Shown: one piece after another, positions 51,701-61,770 of the stretch
Layout of the letters: every line of letters starts with the position of its first letter
How positions within the stretch are numbered: position 1 is the stretch's first letter
The notes under the pieces: model-generated
Seen by the model: the letters and a program-made list of their open reading frames with translations, nothing else
What the model was told of the DNA's origin: nothing
Database searches by the model: none
From: Octopus bimaculoides
Lineage: Eukaryota
Direction: 5' to 3'
DNA: 64,000 bases
NCBI RefSeq assembly: GCF_001194135.2
Contig: NC_068991.1
Coordinates: 22,334,508 to 22,398,507, forward strand
Position numbers and translations under genes: made by a program

Positions 51701-54700
51701 CAATGTCAATACCGTTTTTCTTTTGAAGTTCCAATAAGCCAAAGTGATCAAAGTCTGATCTGTTATTCTGAGCTAAATAATATGCTGAAAGAAAAATTGA
51801 ACAACTTGTCTTTAGGTTTGAGGTGTTCATGGAGTTTCATAATTTTTCAAAAGCATTTTCACTGGCTCTAATTTCAGTATTTAGAATAACAATGCTGTTG
51901 GCTTTTGATTGTTTGTGATGAACATTTTCTTTTCCTTGGCCTGAGAAACATCTGTAGTTCATTTGACAGACTTGAACCCTTAGAATTGCTTGTATGTTAC
52001 TCTTGTTACATCTCTACTTGCTCAAGATAAAAGAAACAAACAGTGTTTGTTAAGCAGTCATGGGGTTGTTAATGAGTAATCCACAAACCACTGTCTACTA
52101 TTGTAATCTTATTAATGCAACTGAGTCAGAGCAGACAGCAAAACCAGCAGTGCACATCAAGGATTAGGGACAAGTTGTCTCTGAGTGCAGGTGTGAAACA
52201 GAGCTAAATTTCCTTTTCGTTGCTAATTAAGTTAGGGCACCAAAATTGTCTTTGCCTCTGGATGCTGATAACCCTTGCAACACCACTGGACAAACTGGAA
52301 ATAATATGGAAAACATTTCTCCTGATGTAATATCCTCACTATCAGTAGCTTTAATAATCTCATGCATAACTTACTCTGTTGACAAACTTTTATTTCTTGC
52401 AAATTTTGACCTTTTTTTTTCTGATGTACATCAATTTTCTGAAACCTTTGGTTTCAAAGCCTTTTCATATTCTTCTATTCTTTTACTTGTTACAGTCATT
52501 TGACTGCGGCCATGCTGGAGCACCGCCTTTAGTCGAGCAAATCGACTCCAGGACTTATTCTTTGGAAGCCTAGTACTTATTCTATTGGTCTCTTTTGCCG
52601 AACCGCTAAGTTACGGGGACGTAAACACACCACCATCGGTTGTCAAACGATGTTGGGAAGGACAAACGCAGACACACACGCACATATATATACATATACA
52701 TATATACGATGGGCTTCTTTCAGTTTCCATCTACCAAATCCACTCACAAGGCTTTTGTTGGCCCGAGGCTATAGTAGAAGACACTTGCCCAAGGTGCCAT
52801 GCAGNNNNNNNNNNAGGCTTTTGTTGGCCCGAGGCTATAGTAGAAGACACTTGCCCAAGGTGCCATGCAGTAGGAATGAACCCGGAACCATGTGGTTGGT
52901 AAGCAAGCTACTTACCACACAGCCACTCCTGCGTATTAAAAGTCAATAAAAGTATTATTGACTTTTCTGAACCAGGGGTGATCACCTTGGTCAACACACT
53001 CTAAATTAAACAAATATTAAATTTACTTAAATAGTTAAATGAAATACAGGTACCAATACATTAGTATAAATGATACAAGATTATTAATACTGCACTGTAA
53101 TGGTACTTGTCTGTGCAAGGTATGAGAAAACTAGCCTGGTAGCAGTTCCTGCTTATAAATAAATGCAGGTGATAAGAGGCTCTGAACCATCAATGTCCAG
53201 AAAGTCAGTTGTGTTGTACCTGAATACTCAAAAGTAGAAATGTTGAGAATAAAAATTCTATAAATAGGTTTGGAAGATTTGGAAATAGTGGATTAGAACC
53301 AATGTAGGTAGTTTGCAGGAATTCTCATCACTCAACATCTGCCCATGCATGAGTAAATCCGTCACTTAGCAAGAATTAGTTTTAAATATATAAAACAAGG
53401 TTCAAGAAGCTTCAGTATTTACAAAAAAAAAAGGTTTATGCAAAAAATTGACAGTTTACAGAGGTACCAGAGTGGTGCTTGTACCCATGGTTATCTACAC
53501 TCTCAACTCAAAACATTATGAGCCAACATAGGAACCCCGGTATGGTTGATCAACAAGTTAGAAATAGCAACCAAGTCTTTCTCAATACCATACCCTTAAA
53601 AAAAAAATAACTGAATGATACATTGGATAATGTAGTCTTAGATACATTGATTTGATGGATAAAAAAAAAAAAAAACAAGGAAGTCCCAGCTGGAACACTT
53701 TTATCATGTGCCTGCTTGCTCAGGTTTGACCTAGGGCTAAACAACAACAACAACTGGCCTTTAGGTCAGGGGACACCACTGAAAATTTTTCCAATCTTTA
53801 AATAATGGTTGAAGGAAGAAATACCTCTTAAGTGAATTAATTGCTTAGACTTCAATGTAAACAACAGTAGACATTGGAAGCACCATTAGAAGTCTCTCTC
53901 TATCAATTAATATATATAGAATAATTAAGTCACTCTTTTTCCAGGGTCCAGATCAGTAAAGTGTTGACCTACCGAGAATTGGACAATGACTTGAAGCAGG
54001 CTGCATTTCCTTCGCTGGTAAGTAGAGTTAATAACTTTCTATATAACCCCATGAATGTTATGAGAAATAACTTAATGACACCCTCATGGATATTAGTTGA
54101 TATGCTGTCAGGTATTTTGGTAAAAATCTTGATTGATGATTTAGCTGATGTATGGGATGGGATATAGTATATGTGATATCATAGTGGATAACCTTGACTG
54201 ATATCTTATAGTGATTTTATTTCATTAATGTCACATTCTCAATTTCTTGTTCCCTATCAGACTGAGGTCTTGTTCCTATTTTTTTTTTCTTGCCTTTAAC
54301 CCTCCAATGTGGAGTATAGGCCACTTATAATTGAATTTCATGTCGCATAATTTTTCGCTTCTGTACTTATACTCTGCCATGAATGTCCCCCTTTCTCTAG
54401 TTCCTTTTTGTGTTCATCTACGCCACGAGTTCTTAGGCCTACCCTTCTTTCTATATTCATCCGGATTCCACTGTAAAGCACTTTTCGCTACATTTGGTGT
54501 GTCTTTTCTAATCGTGCTACCAATCCACATCCACTTATTTTTAAATATTTGCTCCCTAATTGAAACTTGATTTGTTCTTTGCCATAGCTCCATATTGCTT
54601 ATGTGTTCGGGCCATCTAATTTTAAGTATACTACGCAAGCACTTGTTCCTATATAAGAAATAATTACTATTATCATCATTATTTAAGGCAGTGAAGGCAG

Positions 54701-57217
54701 TGAGCTAGCAGAATTGTTAGCACGCTGGGACAAATTGCTTAGCAGCATTTTCCCAACTATGTAATTCAAATGCCACCAGGGTCAACTTTGCTTTCATCCT
54801 TACAGGGCCAATAAAATAAGTGCCAGTTGAGCATTGGGTTTGATGTAATCAACTTACCCCTTTCCTGAAATTGCTGGCCTTGTGCCAAAATTTGAAACCA
54901 TTATTATTCAGGAAGTGCAATCTCAGCCACAAATTACAAAGTGAAAATATTCAGATAAGCAACTTTTGTTTTCCAGCCTGACACTTTTTATACTTCATTT
55001 TATAGCACTAATTATAATTACTATTTTTATTCATTAATTTATCTATTTACCCATACAGTTTCATTTACTCCATGCCATGTGTTATAGTAAACTTAAGAAA
55101 GCCTATATTTAATTCTCTCTCACTTTAATGCTCCTTATAATTATTATTGTTGTTCATTTATTTATCTATTTAGTAACAAAGTTTTGTTTACTCCATGCCG
55201 TATGTTATGTTATAGTTATAGTGAAGTTAAGAAATGCAAATGTTCAACTCTTTTTCACTCTATAGCGCTCATTATAATTCTTACTATTATTCATTTAGTT
55301 ATCTATTTAGCCACAAAGTGTCATTTATTCCGTGTTATAGCAAAGTTATGTAATCCAATTGTTCAATTCTGTTTACTCATGCTCTGAATCTTAAAAATCC
55401 CATCTCTTCAATTGTTTGCCTATTACCCATTATCTTATCCCAAAAGTTCCACTGTTTCCTCGACTATAGCCCTAATTCTTGAAAATTTCACCCCTCTCTC
55501 TCTCTCTCTCTCAGTTTGTTACCCACTTGCTTTGCCATGTTGATTGTTAATCAGTGGCTTTTGCTTTGTCTGTGTCTATGCTTCATCGGCTTCAGCTAGG
55601 GGATAGGGCAGTTATAGTGTTTTGTCATTCCACAGTGCACCCTCCCCCACCACTTATACTGGAAGTTTTTCTCCTCTAACCTCTACTGGAAGTCTCTCTC
55701 TCCTCTAAACCTCTACCAGATGTATTTCTCCTAAGCACCTATAACAGTTACCTACACAGAGGGTAGGGCTTTGTACCAGTTGAGGAGAGATTAGAGATAT
55801 AGAGGGACAGGGATAGGTGTCTTGCTGTAACTTTAGCATTGTGTTTATGTATCCAATACAATGAAGAAAAGTTAAACAAGTATCATCATAAATAATTATT
55901 ATTATTTCTCAGGACGGTGAGGTGGATTTAAAGATGTTAACCAGGTGCTTGTTACCAGAATCAGATCTGATTGAGGTGAGCTGATTGTTTCCTTAAAAAT
56001 TTCTTTACAGTATATTTGTACGTTCATTCAGTTCAGTGTAAATTATCTGTTTTGAGCCAATTTACCAGAGTCCTTCACAATTTACAAAGGCAATATCCAT
56101 GCATGCAGATATGTATGTATATGGGGGCTGTCAACTCACAGACAAATTATCTTATTCATAGTTGTTAAAGACAATGGATGGCAGCTATGCAAGTGCTGAA
56201 ATTTAAAGTCAATAATACCAAACACAACTTTGCAAAGACTCTCACTCACAAAACTAAGTAATCCAGAAACAGGCAAGAGTAAAATCTCCAGTTTCACAAT
56301 GAAGTGGGTGTTATGTCAGAATTTCTTTCTCCTAGAGACATATCTAAACTAAGACTGGAGGTCTCCTGACTGTTGATTGTATTGAGTTCATCCATCCTTT
56401 GACAGGTTTTGTTTTTCACCTCACAGGGTGTCTAATGTAAACCACTCTCCTTACCAAGCAGGCTTGCTAGTGTTGCTAGTTCAGTCACCAACAGCCTGAA
56501 CATGCAGCAAGTTGTACCAGGTTACATGTTACCAGTAGCTCCATGAATGATCTGACACAATATACATGCATACGTTACCTCAAGCTAAGAAAGAAGCCTT
56601 GAACTGCCAGAATCACACATACTGTCTCAAAAAAAAAAACACAAAGAAAACAAAAAGACACATTGGATAATGTAGCTGTGGACACCTATAGATAGAGAGA
56701 ATGATGACAGCTGGAAAATCTTTGATCACAGATCTGCTGAGATCAGATTAGCTGAGGGTTAAACAACAGCAACAACCTAATTACCTTCATCAATTAATCC
56801 ACATTTAACAGGTCGACATGGGAGCTGCTGCATGATCACATGCTCTGCTAGAAATAGCAGTGAAGTAAAGGCCACATTAGTTGACTTGAGACTAAACAGC
56901 AGCAATAACAATGTCCTAAATTATCTTCATCAGTTAATCCAAATTTATTAACAATGTGATAGAGTCATGAGCTTTGCATAATGATTTAGTATGTCATTGC
57001 TAAGCTTCATTCACTCTGGAGACAGCCCATCTCAGGCAGTATATCTAACAATAGTTATTTTGTCAGCTGTGTGGTTCAGAAGTTTCTTTCCCAACCATAT
57101 GATTTCATTATCAGTCTCATAATGTGGCTCCTGGGCAAGTGTCTTCTACTATAACCCCAGGTTAACCAAAGCCTTATGATTGGATTTTGTCAACAAAAAC
57201 TAAACGAAACCGCACAT

Positions 57218-57248
<31 letters not shown>

Positions 57249-58762
57249 CTATCATATCTCTTCGTCTTGGCATTGTGTGTTAGTTGTGAATGAGCATCAC
57301 TGTGATACAAGTGATGTTTATTTCCAATCTTCTGTGAATACATGTCAGGCCATGGGGGAAATAACACCTTGTTTGGAAACAAGTGAGGATTGGCTGTAGA
57401 GAGGACATCCAGCTGTGAAAAATCTACTTCAACAAATTCTGTCTGACTCATGGAAGAATGGAAAAGTGAACATCAAAAGAATAATGATTATGTTAATTTT
57501 CAGCCAAGTCTGCATTAATCCTTACTGGGGTGCTGAAAATATGCAGCCCTCGTTATAAGCAAATAAATTACTTATATTGATTAGTGCAATTGAGTGTTAA
57601 ATATATAAAATTTTAAAAAGCAGGTGATAAGTAATATAGTTGTTGAAATCTAGTCTAGGAGATGATCTGGAAGAAAACTGAAGTTTTAATCTTTGTTTTT
57701 CACATTCAGTACTTAAGACATCTTAATGCTTTGCCTGTTGGATGATGGAAAGGCTAAGGAGGCATTATTGTTGGATTCTATTTAAAGCATCAGTCAGCCT
57801 TCACCTAACCTTGAGCTCAGGTCATCATCATTTTTTGGCATCCACTTTCCATGCTGGCATGGGTTGGTCTCATCAAACACATCTATGATCAGAAGTGTTC
57901 CAGTTCTAATTATCTCATCTTTTCGTGTATCCATGACTACAATGTCTAATGTAGCCTTCCTTTTTAAGGCACTAGGATATGATTTAAGGGTCATATGGCT
58001 GTGGTTTATAACAAGTTGAGCGACTATATTGTCTCCCTTAATTGGTTTCGTTTTTATCTCAGCTGTAGGGCTTGGCATCCAAAGATTTTAGTCTCAAAGC
58101 ATGTGGTCCCAACAAAGATAGCATTCTGACAAGAAAACTTCTGAGTGGTTACTCAATCTGCTTACAAATAAAAGCTAAATCTCTCATGTCACACACCACT
58201 GTCTTAAAAAAAAAAGGACATTACTGGGCAATGTAGTCTTAGATACTCTAAATGAGAAGATGCATGGTTTGAGTATTTGGCTCAAGATTCTAATGTCATG
58301 AGTTTGATTCCTGGTGGTGCATTGTGTCCTTGAGCAAGACACTTTATTTCACATTGATTCAGTCTACTCAGCTGGCAAAAATGAGTAGTACTTGTATTTC
58401 AAAGGGCTAGCCTTGTTACATTCTGTGTCACATTGAATCTCCCTCCCTGAGAATTACATTAAGGGTACTTGTGTCTCTGGAATGCTCAGCCACTTGCACA
58501 TTAATTTCATGAGCAGGCTGTTCTGTTGATCAGATCAACTGGAATCTATATTGTCATAACTGATTGAAAGCTATATAAAAAAATTTTTTTTAAACTGGAT
58601 GGTCATAGCTAGAATGACTTTCATCATATGTCTGCTTAATCAAGGTTGAACGAGATTAAACAACAACAGAAGGGGTAGATATTGTTTTGAATTAGATATA
58701 ACCATGCCTCTGCTAACTACCATTGCCTCAGTGCAAAGCTGATATTAATGGCAGAACAAGGG

Positions 58763-58797
<35 letters not shown>

Positions 58798-58961
58798 CAA
58801 GTAATGTGTGATTGAACATTGTAAATGATAATTCTCTGGTTTTTTTACAACTACAGGAAGATAAACCATGGAACTGGGAACAACTCTTCACTGAGGTTTC
58901 TTCTGAAATTGCCAATATAAAAGATAAGAACTCTCCTTCACCGATTACTGAGCTGTTATAG
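8377..58961 (+). CDS. IFT43: Intraflagellar transport protein 43 homolog, 9 coding exons, 183 aa: MEDLEIGEAKSRIAKQGRRAAKSSQPNESQEEPVVEVKARVSGWVEESNKNRKSKNSSNILEDERLRPKNILEEDESDSDVAAIPELEDQPDEDLIPQVADAPMVQISKVLTYRELDNDLKQAAFPSLDGEVDLKMLTRCLLPESDLIEEDKPWNWEQLFTEVSSEIANIKDKNSPSPITELL
   Basis: Manually spliced exons of 36+54+65+33+50+73+73+63+105 = 552 nt join in frame, all with GT-AG introns. Motifs match IFT43 as I recall the human protein: AKxGRRA, GW, RLRP, IP(D/E)LE, TYR(D/E)LDNDL, DGE(I/V)DLK, WxWxxLFTEVSSE. An extra small phase-0 exon between exons 2 and 3 cannot be excluded. Confidence 0.93.
11907..11960 (+). CDS. IFT43: IFT43 exon 2 (IAKQGRRAAKSSQPNESQ)
   Basis: ttttgtttttccag acceptor; GTAACT donor; phase 0/0; AKxGRRA motif. 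Confidence 0.9.
13078..13498 (-). mobile_element. hAT deletion derivative / MITE nested in a family-A SINE
   Basis: Perfect 8-bp TSD ATTCCAGC at 13070-13077 and 13499-13506; CAG...CTG termini; minus-strand DLIKGFAIKNSRRKLF C-terminal remnant. Confidence 0.85.
13739..14138 (+). mobile_element. CORE-type SINE (OR2-like), full length
   Basis: tRNA-like head, CORE-like GTGGCACCTTGGACAAGTGTCTTC block, internal (TA/TG)n, tail ending GACTGAAACAAGTAAAAGAG. Confidence 0.85.
14603..14883. repeat. Near-perfect inverted repeat, 135-bp arms, 11-nt loop
   Basis: 14603-14737 pairs with 14749-14883; I found 2 non-Watson-Crick positions by eye. Confidence 0.95.
15205..15291. repeat. (TG)n microsatellite, representative of many (CA)n/(TA)n/(ATT)n/(GA)n tracts
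   Basis: Directly visible. Confidence 0.98.
15484..15900 (-). mobile_element. Older R4/Dong-like fragment (post-RT region)
   Basis: Decayed minus-strand reading VKKILKY...SNVSRLYITRREAGRRLFKV resembles the RLYxxRxxGGRGL motif; many stops and frameshifts. Confidence 0.55.
15992..16377 (-). mobile_element. Family-C tRNA-derived SINE, young
   Basis: Head GGCGCAATGGCCCAGTGGTTAGGG...GTTTCGATTCCC. Perfect 13-bp TSD TGTAACTAGATAG at 15979-15991 and 16378-16390. The 3' half is shared with 58385-58560. Confidence 0.9.
17703..17767 (+). CDS. IFT43: IFT43 exon 3 (EEPVVEVKARVSGWVEESNKN-R)
   Basis: ttttattgcag acceptor; GTAAGC donor; phase 0/2. Confidence 0.85.
20731..20763 (+). CDS. IFT43: IFT43 exon 4 (KSKNSSNILE-D)
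   Basis: ctttttgtag acceptor; GTAAGT donor; phase 2/2; 33 nt. Frame-preserving, so it could be skipped. Confidence 0.75.
21485..21580 (+). mobile_element. CR1-type LINE 3' remnant
   Basis: FRIVDAWNKLSALVVS; homologous to the minus copy near 23220-23325. Confidence 0.6.
23215..23325 (-). mobile_element. CR1-type LINE 3' remnant
   Basis: HFFMFRIVDAWNKLPASVVS. Confidence 0.65.
28098..29328 (-). pseudogene. Near full-length IS630/Tc1/mariner element of the maT (DD37D) type, inactive
   Basis: ORF pieces 28754-29230, 28303-28731 and 28227-28517: WFF(S)DE, QQDSAPYH, WPPNSPDCNPIN. There are 37 residues between the second D and the third catalytic position, which is now N (AAT). The right TIR is clear and the left TIR is partly deleted. 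Confidence 0.88.
30627..30676 (+). CDS. IFT43: IFT43 exon 5 (ERLRPKNILEEDESDS-D)
   Basis: Long polypyrimidine tract ending ttttag; GTTAGT donor; phase 2/1; RLRP motif. Confidence 0.88.
31884..32462. mobile_element. MITE-like element with ~80-bp degenerate inverted termini
   Basis: 31884-31965 is roughly the reverse complement of 32379-32462; the interior is non-coding; no TSD recognised. Confidence 0.55.
32709..32871 (-). mobile_element. R4/Dong-type 3' end, second copy
   Basis: NIQKIALLGTAHILCKTLSIQ* plus the same 3'UTR as 174-438; flanked by (ATT)n. Confidence 0.85.
32959..33227. repeat. Inverted repeat, 127-bp arms, 15-nt loop
   Basis: 32959-33085 pairs with 33101-33227; about 7 differences. 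Confidence 0.93.
34003..34075 (+). CDS. IFT43: IFT43 exon 6 (VAAIPELEDQPDEDLIPQVADAP-M)
   Basis: ctctacag acceptor; GTAGGT donor; phase 1/2; IPxLE...QVA motif. Confidence 0.9.
34437..34842 (-). mobile_element. CORE-type SINE, full length
   Basis: Reverse complement of the 13739-14138 family. Confidence 0.85.
35330..35630. repeat. Degenerate (CAT)n microsatellite field
   Basis: About 300 bp of CAT/CAC/CTT triplets. Confidence 0.95.
36330..36565 (+). mobile_element. Family-A SINE, young copy
   Basis: CpG-retaining copy homologous to 7982-8196 and 12470-12705. Confidence 0.85.
36576..36787. mobile_element. Tc1/mariner-type MITE
   Basis: About 30-bp TIRs CAGGRTGGCCCAAAASTAGGTTTACAGTTAT; TA on both sides. 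Confidence 0.9.
37025..37543 (-). pseudogene. Tc1-family transposase N-terminal half; runs into an N gap
   Basis: RMAGASVTKTAEMFGVSKSTI...VIFSDESSFTLF...FDPDCLFPTVKHGGG with stops. Confidence 0.85.
39886..39941 (+). ncRNA. Type-I hammerhead-ribozyme-like motif
   Basis: tccaca-CTGACGA-a[gct..ggtt gaat aacc..agc]a-GAAA-CCTGG-TT-tgtgga. Stem I is 6 bp; the core is canonical apart from an extra A on each side of stem II. Confidence 0.55.
40210..42476 (+). pseudogene. RTE-clade LINE relic (linker, RT with internal deletion, C-terminal C2H2 fingers), interrupted by a family-B insert
   Basis: RWVEHFSALL; FVDLHKAFDTV; GVKQGDLDAPTLF; LLHADD (YADD changed to HADD); QLRWCGHIVRM; three CxxC-x12-HxxxH motifs at 42150-42460. 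Multiple frameshifts. Confidence 0.92.
40450..40702 (+). mobile_element. Young family-B retroposon inserted in the RTE relic
   Basis: CpG-rich copy with a (GAT)n tail; the LINE reading GLYG / KEVCGPK resumes across it. Confidence 0.85.
44359..44640. mobile_element. pogo/Tigger-like end fragment
   Basis: TA-CAGTAATCACTCGCCATATC start resembles Tigger-type TIRs; the partner TIR was not found. Confidence 0.4.
45165..45383. mobile_element. piggyBac-like MITE (TTAA / CCCTTTAGCATT termini)
   Basis: Ends in AATGCTAAAGGG-TTAA. Homologous copies at 49640-49858, 24506-24725 (opposite orientation) and a partial one near 44820-44900. Confidence 0.7.
45675..46130 (-). mobile_element. CORE-type SINE, full length
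   Basis: Same family; its microsatellite contains an N gap. Confidence 0.85.
50270..52440 (-). pseudogene. Decayed hAT transposase (KIAA1586/ZNF862-like group)
   Basis: Minus strand: AYYLAQNNRSDFDHFGLLELQKKNGIDIG.LHS; ISVFTDKSTSLSIKLTLIVYLK; FISDGSSIMF; II*QCLNPSLE (WHCxxHRLE-like); IPIRTVE*ERRFS. Many stops. Confidence 0.82.
52482..52932 (-). mobile_element. CORE-type SINE, full length
   Basis: Same family; includes a gap-flanking assembly duplication. Confidence 0.85.
53945..54017 (+). CDS. IFT43: IFT43 exon 7 (VQISKVLTYRELDNDLKQAAFPSL)
   Basis: ctctttttccag acceptor; GTAAGT donor; phase 2/0; TYRELDNDL motif. Confidence 0.95.
54330..54645 (-). mobile_element. RTE-like LINE 3' fragment
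   Basis: CLRSILKIRWPEHISNMELW...KWMWIG..RK...ALQWNP...GRPKNSWRR. Confidence 0.85.
55913..55975 (+). CDS. IFT43: IFT43 exon 8 (DGEVDLKMLTRCLLPESDLIE)
   Basis: atttctcag acceptor; GTGAGC donor; phase 0/0; DGEVDLK motif. Confidence 0.95.
58857..58961 (+). CDS. IFT43: IFT43 exon 9, last coding exon (EDKPWNWEQLFTEVSSE...ELL*)
   Basis: ctacag acceptor after a T-run; WxWxxLFTEVSSE motif; TAG at 58959-58961. Confidence 0.95.
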   Translation, partial: EDKPWNWEQLFTEVSSEIANIKDKNSPSPITELL

Positions 58962-59551
58962 AGACTCTGCCTGGGCATCTTGTCTACTTTTCAGTCAAAT
59001 TATCCAATGTGTGCTTTTTTTCATTGCCAAACTACATTTGTAGGAATTTTTTGGAAAGAAAATATCTTTTCAAATGGAATACTGTCAAGAATTTATATCA
59101 TTAAAAGTATGCTGGAAATGCTTGCATGAGAGAGAGAGATGGAGAGGGAGTGTGTGTGTGTGTGCATGTATGCATGTGTGTATACATGCAGTGTATTTGT
59201 AAGTAAGGGAATGTCTGCGTTTTTGTGTATGCATATGAGTATAAACTGTAACCAACTTCATTAAAGCTGCTGGGAAGCGTTTTTTTGTTAATTTTATTGT
59301 TTGTTATATTTATTTATTTATTTTCAACATTGTTTTACTATGTACCTTGTATAAATAATTATGTAATGAAAGTGGAGAATATTCATTGAAATACTGACTG
59401 AAGCAGTTGTTCCTCTAATCTGAATTGGCAGTCCAGGTTTTGACTTCAGTTAGAACCACTTACATTAGTTTACATTCATTAGGAAATACATTACAATCAC
59501 AAAATTCCTTTTTTTCAGTTTCTATAAACTCCAAGATTTATTATTATTATT

Positions 59552-59852
59552 CAGTAGTTTTATTTTTATAACATGCTTTCACTTCACTACTGAGCACAGC
59601 TCTGTGTGCCTTGGGTATGTGCTGTGGTTTGCTGTGATGCTCTTATGGTTACTGTATTGAAAGTGTTTTGCGTAGGATGTGTGTAGTGTCCAGTAGTGCA
59701 ATTTTCTGTGTTATATATATTTGTAAGTCCTGGTGTTTTTGTTATGTATTTGTCTGAATATTTTTTTTTATACCTAAGGCACCTACTATGATAGGAATTG
59801 TTTCTGTTTTTAGATTCCACATTCAAGCTACCTCTATTTCCAGGTCTTTGTA
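59552..59852 (-). mobile_element. R4/Dong-type 3' end, third copy
   Basis: YKDLEIEVA*MWNLKTETIPIIVGALGIKKKYSDKYITKTPG plus the same 3'UTR; flanked by (ATT)n. Confidence 0.87.
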
Positions 59853-59869
59853 TTTATTATTATTATTAT

Positions 59870-59914
<45 letters not shown>

Positions 59915-59926
59915 GACTACTACTAA

Positions 59927-61367
59927 GAAGGCAGTGAGCTGGCAGAATCATTAGCACGCTGGGTGAAATACTTAGAAGTATTTTGTTTGCCACTATGTTC
60001 TGAGTTCAAATTCCATCGAGGTCGACTTTACCATTCATCTTTTTGGGGTCGATAAATTAAGTACCAGTGAAACACTGGGGCCGATGTAATTGACTTATCC
60101 TCTCACCTAAAATTGCTGCCCTTGTGGCAGAATTTGAAACCATTATTATTATTATTATTAAGGCAGTGAGCTGGCAGAATTGTTAGCACACTGGGCAAAA
60201 TGCTTAATGACATTTCGTCCATCTTTACATTCTAAGTTCAAATTCTGCCAAGGCTGACTTTGCCTTTCATCGTTTTGGTGTTGATAGATAAGAACCAGCT
60301 GAGCACTGGGATCAATTTACCCTCTTCCCCCAAACTTGCTGGTTAAAATTTTAAACCATTATTAAGGCAGTGAACTAGCAGAATCATTAGCACACAAGAC
60401 AAATTGCTTAGTGGCATTTCTTCTGGCTATTTACATTCTGGATTCAAATTCCACCATGGTCAACTTTGCCTTCCATCCTTTTGGGGTCAATGAAATAAGT
60501 ACCAGTTGAACACTGAGGTCAATGTTATCAACTAGCCCTCTTCTCCAAAATATCAGGCCTTGTGCATATAATAGAAAATATAAAAGACAGTGAGCTTTCA
60601 GGATTGTTAGCACACCAGACAGAATACTTAATGATATTTCTTCTAGCTTTACATTCTAAGTTCAAATTCCACCAAGGTCAACTTTGCCTTTCATCCTTTT
60701 TGGGGTTGATAAAATAAGTACCAGTCAAAATACCAGGCTTGACGTAATCAACTTCTTCCTCCCCTCAAAAACTGTTGGCTCTGTGCCAAAATTTGAAACC
60801 ATTGTTATTCGTAGTATTATTAATATTATTATTATTATCATTATGTTTTTGCCTTTGCTTTGATTTATATAAGCTGCTCCAAAGTCTCAACCAGAGACAC
60901 CATGATGATATACATAACAGCTGAGCACTGAGGTCAATGTAATCAACTAACCCTCTCCTCTAAAGATTTGTGCCTATAGTATATTGGACTATTACCATTT
61001 CTTCTTTTTATTATCATTATTATTATTATTTTATGTTTGACTTTTGCTTTGCATTTGTACAAGTTGAATCTAAGTCTCACCCAGAGACCTCAAGAGACAA
61101 GTTAGAAGTTCATGTAGGTGTTATGCCTAGTTTACCATATATTTGGATTTGTACATAGTGTTGTTCTAGAGAATGTTTAAGAAACCATAAGAAAATTATG
61201 TGTTTGTTTTAAAATTTAAGATCACATAGACAGTATTTTACGTAGGATATGGGCAGTTCCCATGAGCACTATCTTTTGAACTTCAGCCATTTTGGGGTTT
61301 CCTGGTATCTGAGCTAGGTAGTAATCAGCCCGTTTCACTGTCATTCCCAGGGCACCTATGACAATAG

Positions 61368-61414
<47 letters not shown>

Positions 61415-61770
61415 TAATTTTGCTTTAGTTTATATAAGCTACACTCATGTCTCAGTTGGAGATTTCTATTAAATAAGAATCAGTTGAACACTGGAGTCGA
61501 TTGTAATCAACTACCCTGCTTCCCTAAAATTTCAGGCCATGTGCCTATTGTGGAAAGGATACTGGCAAAATCATTAGCTTGCCAGATGAAATGTTTAGTA
61601 GCATTTTGACAGTCTTCATGTTCTGAGTTCAAATTCCACCAAGGCTGACTTTACCTTTCATCCGTTCAGGGTCAATAAAATAAGTACCAGTCGAGCACTG
61701 AAGTTAATATTAATCACATAGCTCCCTCCCTGCAAATTTCAGACCTTGTGTCTATTGTAGAAATAACTAT
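59927..61770 (+). repeat. Head-to-tail cluster of family-A SINEs
   Basis: Copies at about 59927, 60160, 60363, 60585 and 61560, plus partials near 60920 and 61475. All are + strand and separated by ATT-rich tracts. Confidence 0.8.

Noticed and set aside
59100-59265. ATTAAA hexamers as the IFT43 poly(A) signal
   Set aside because: Two candidates (59100 and 59260) in AT-rich sequence; cannot be chosen without 3'-end data
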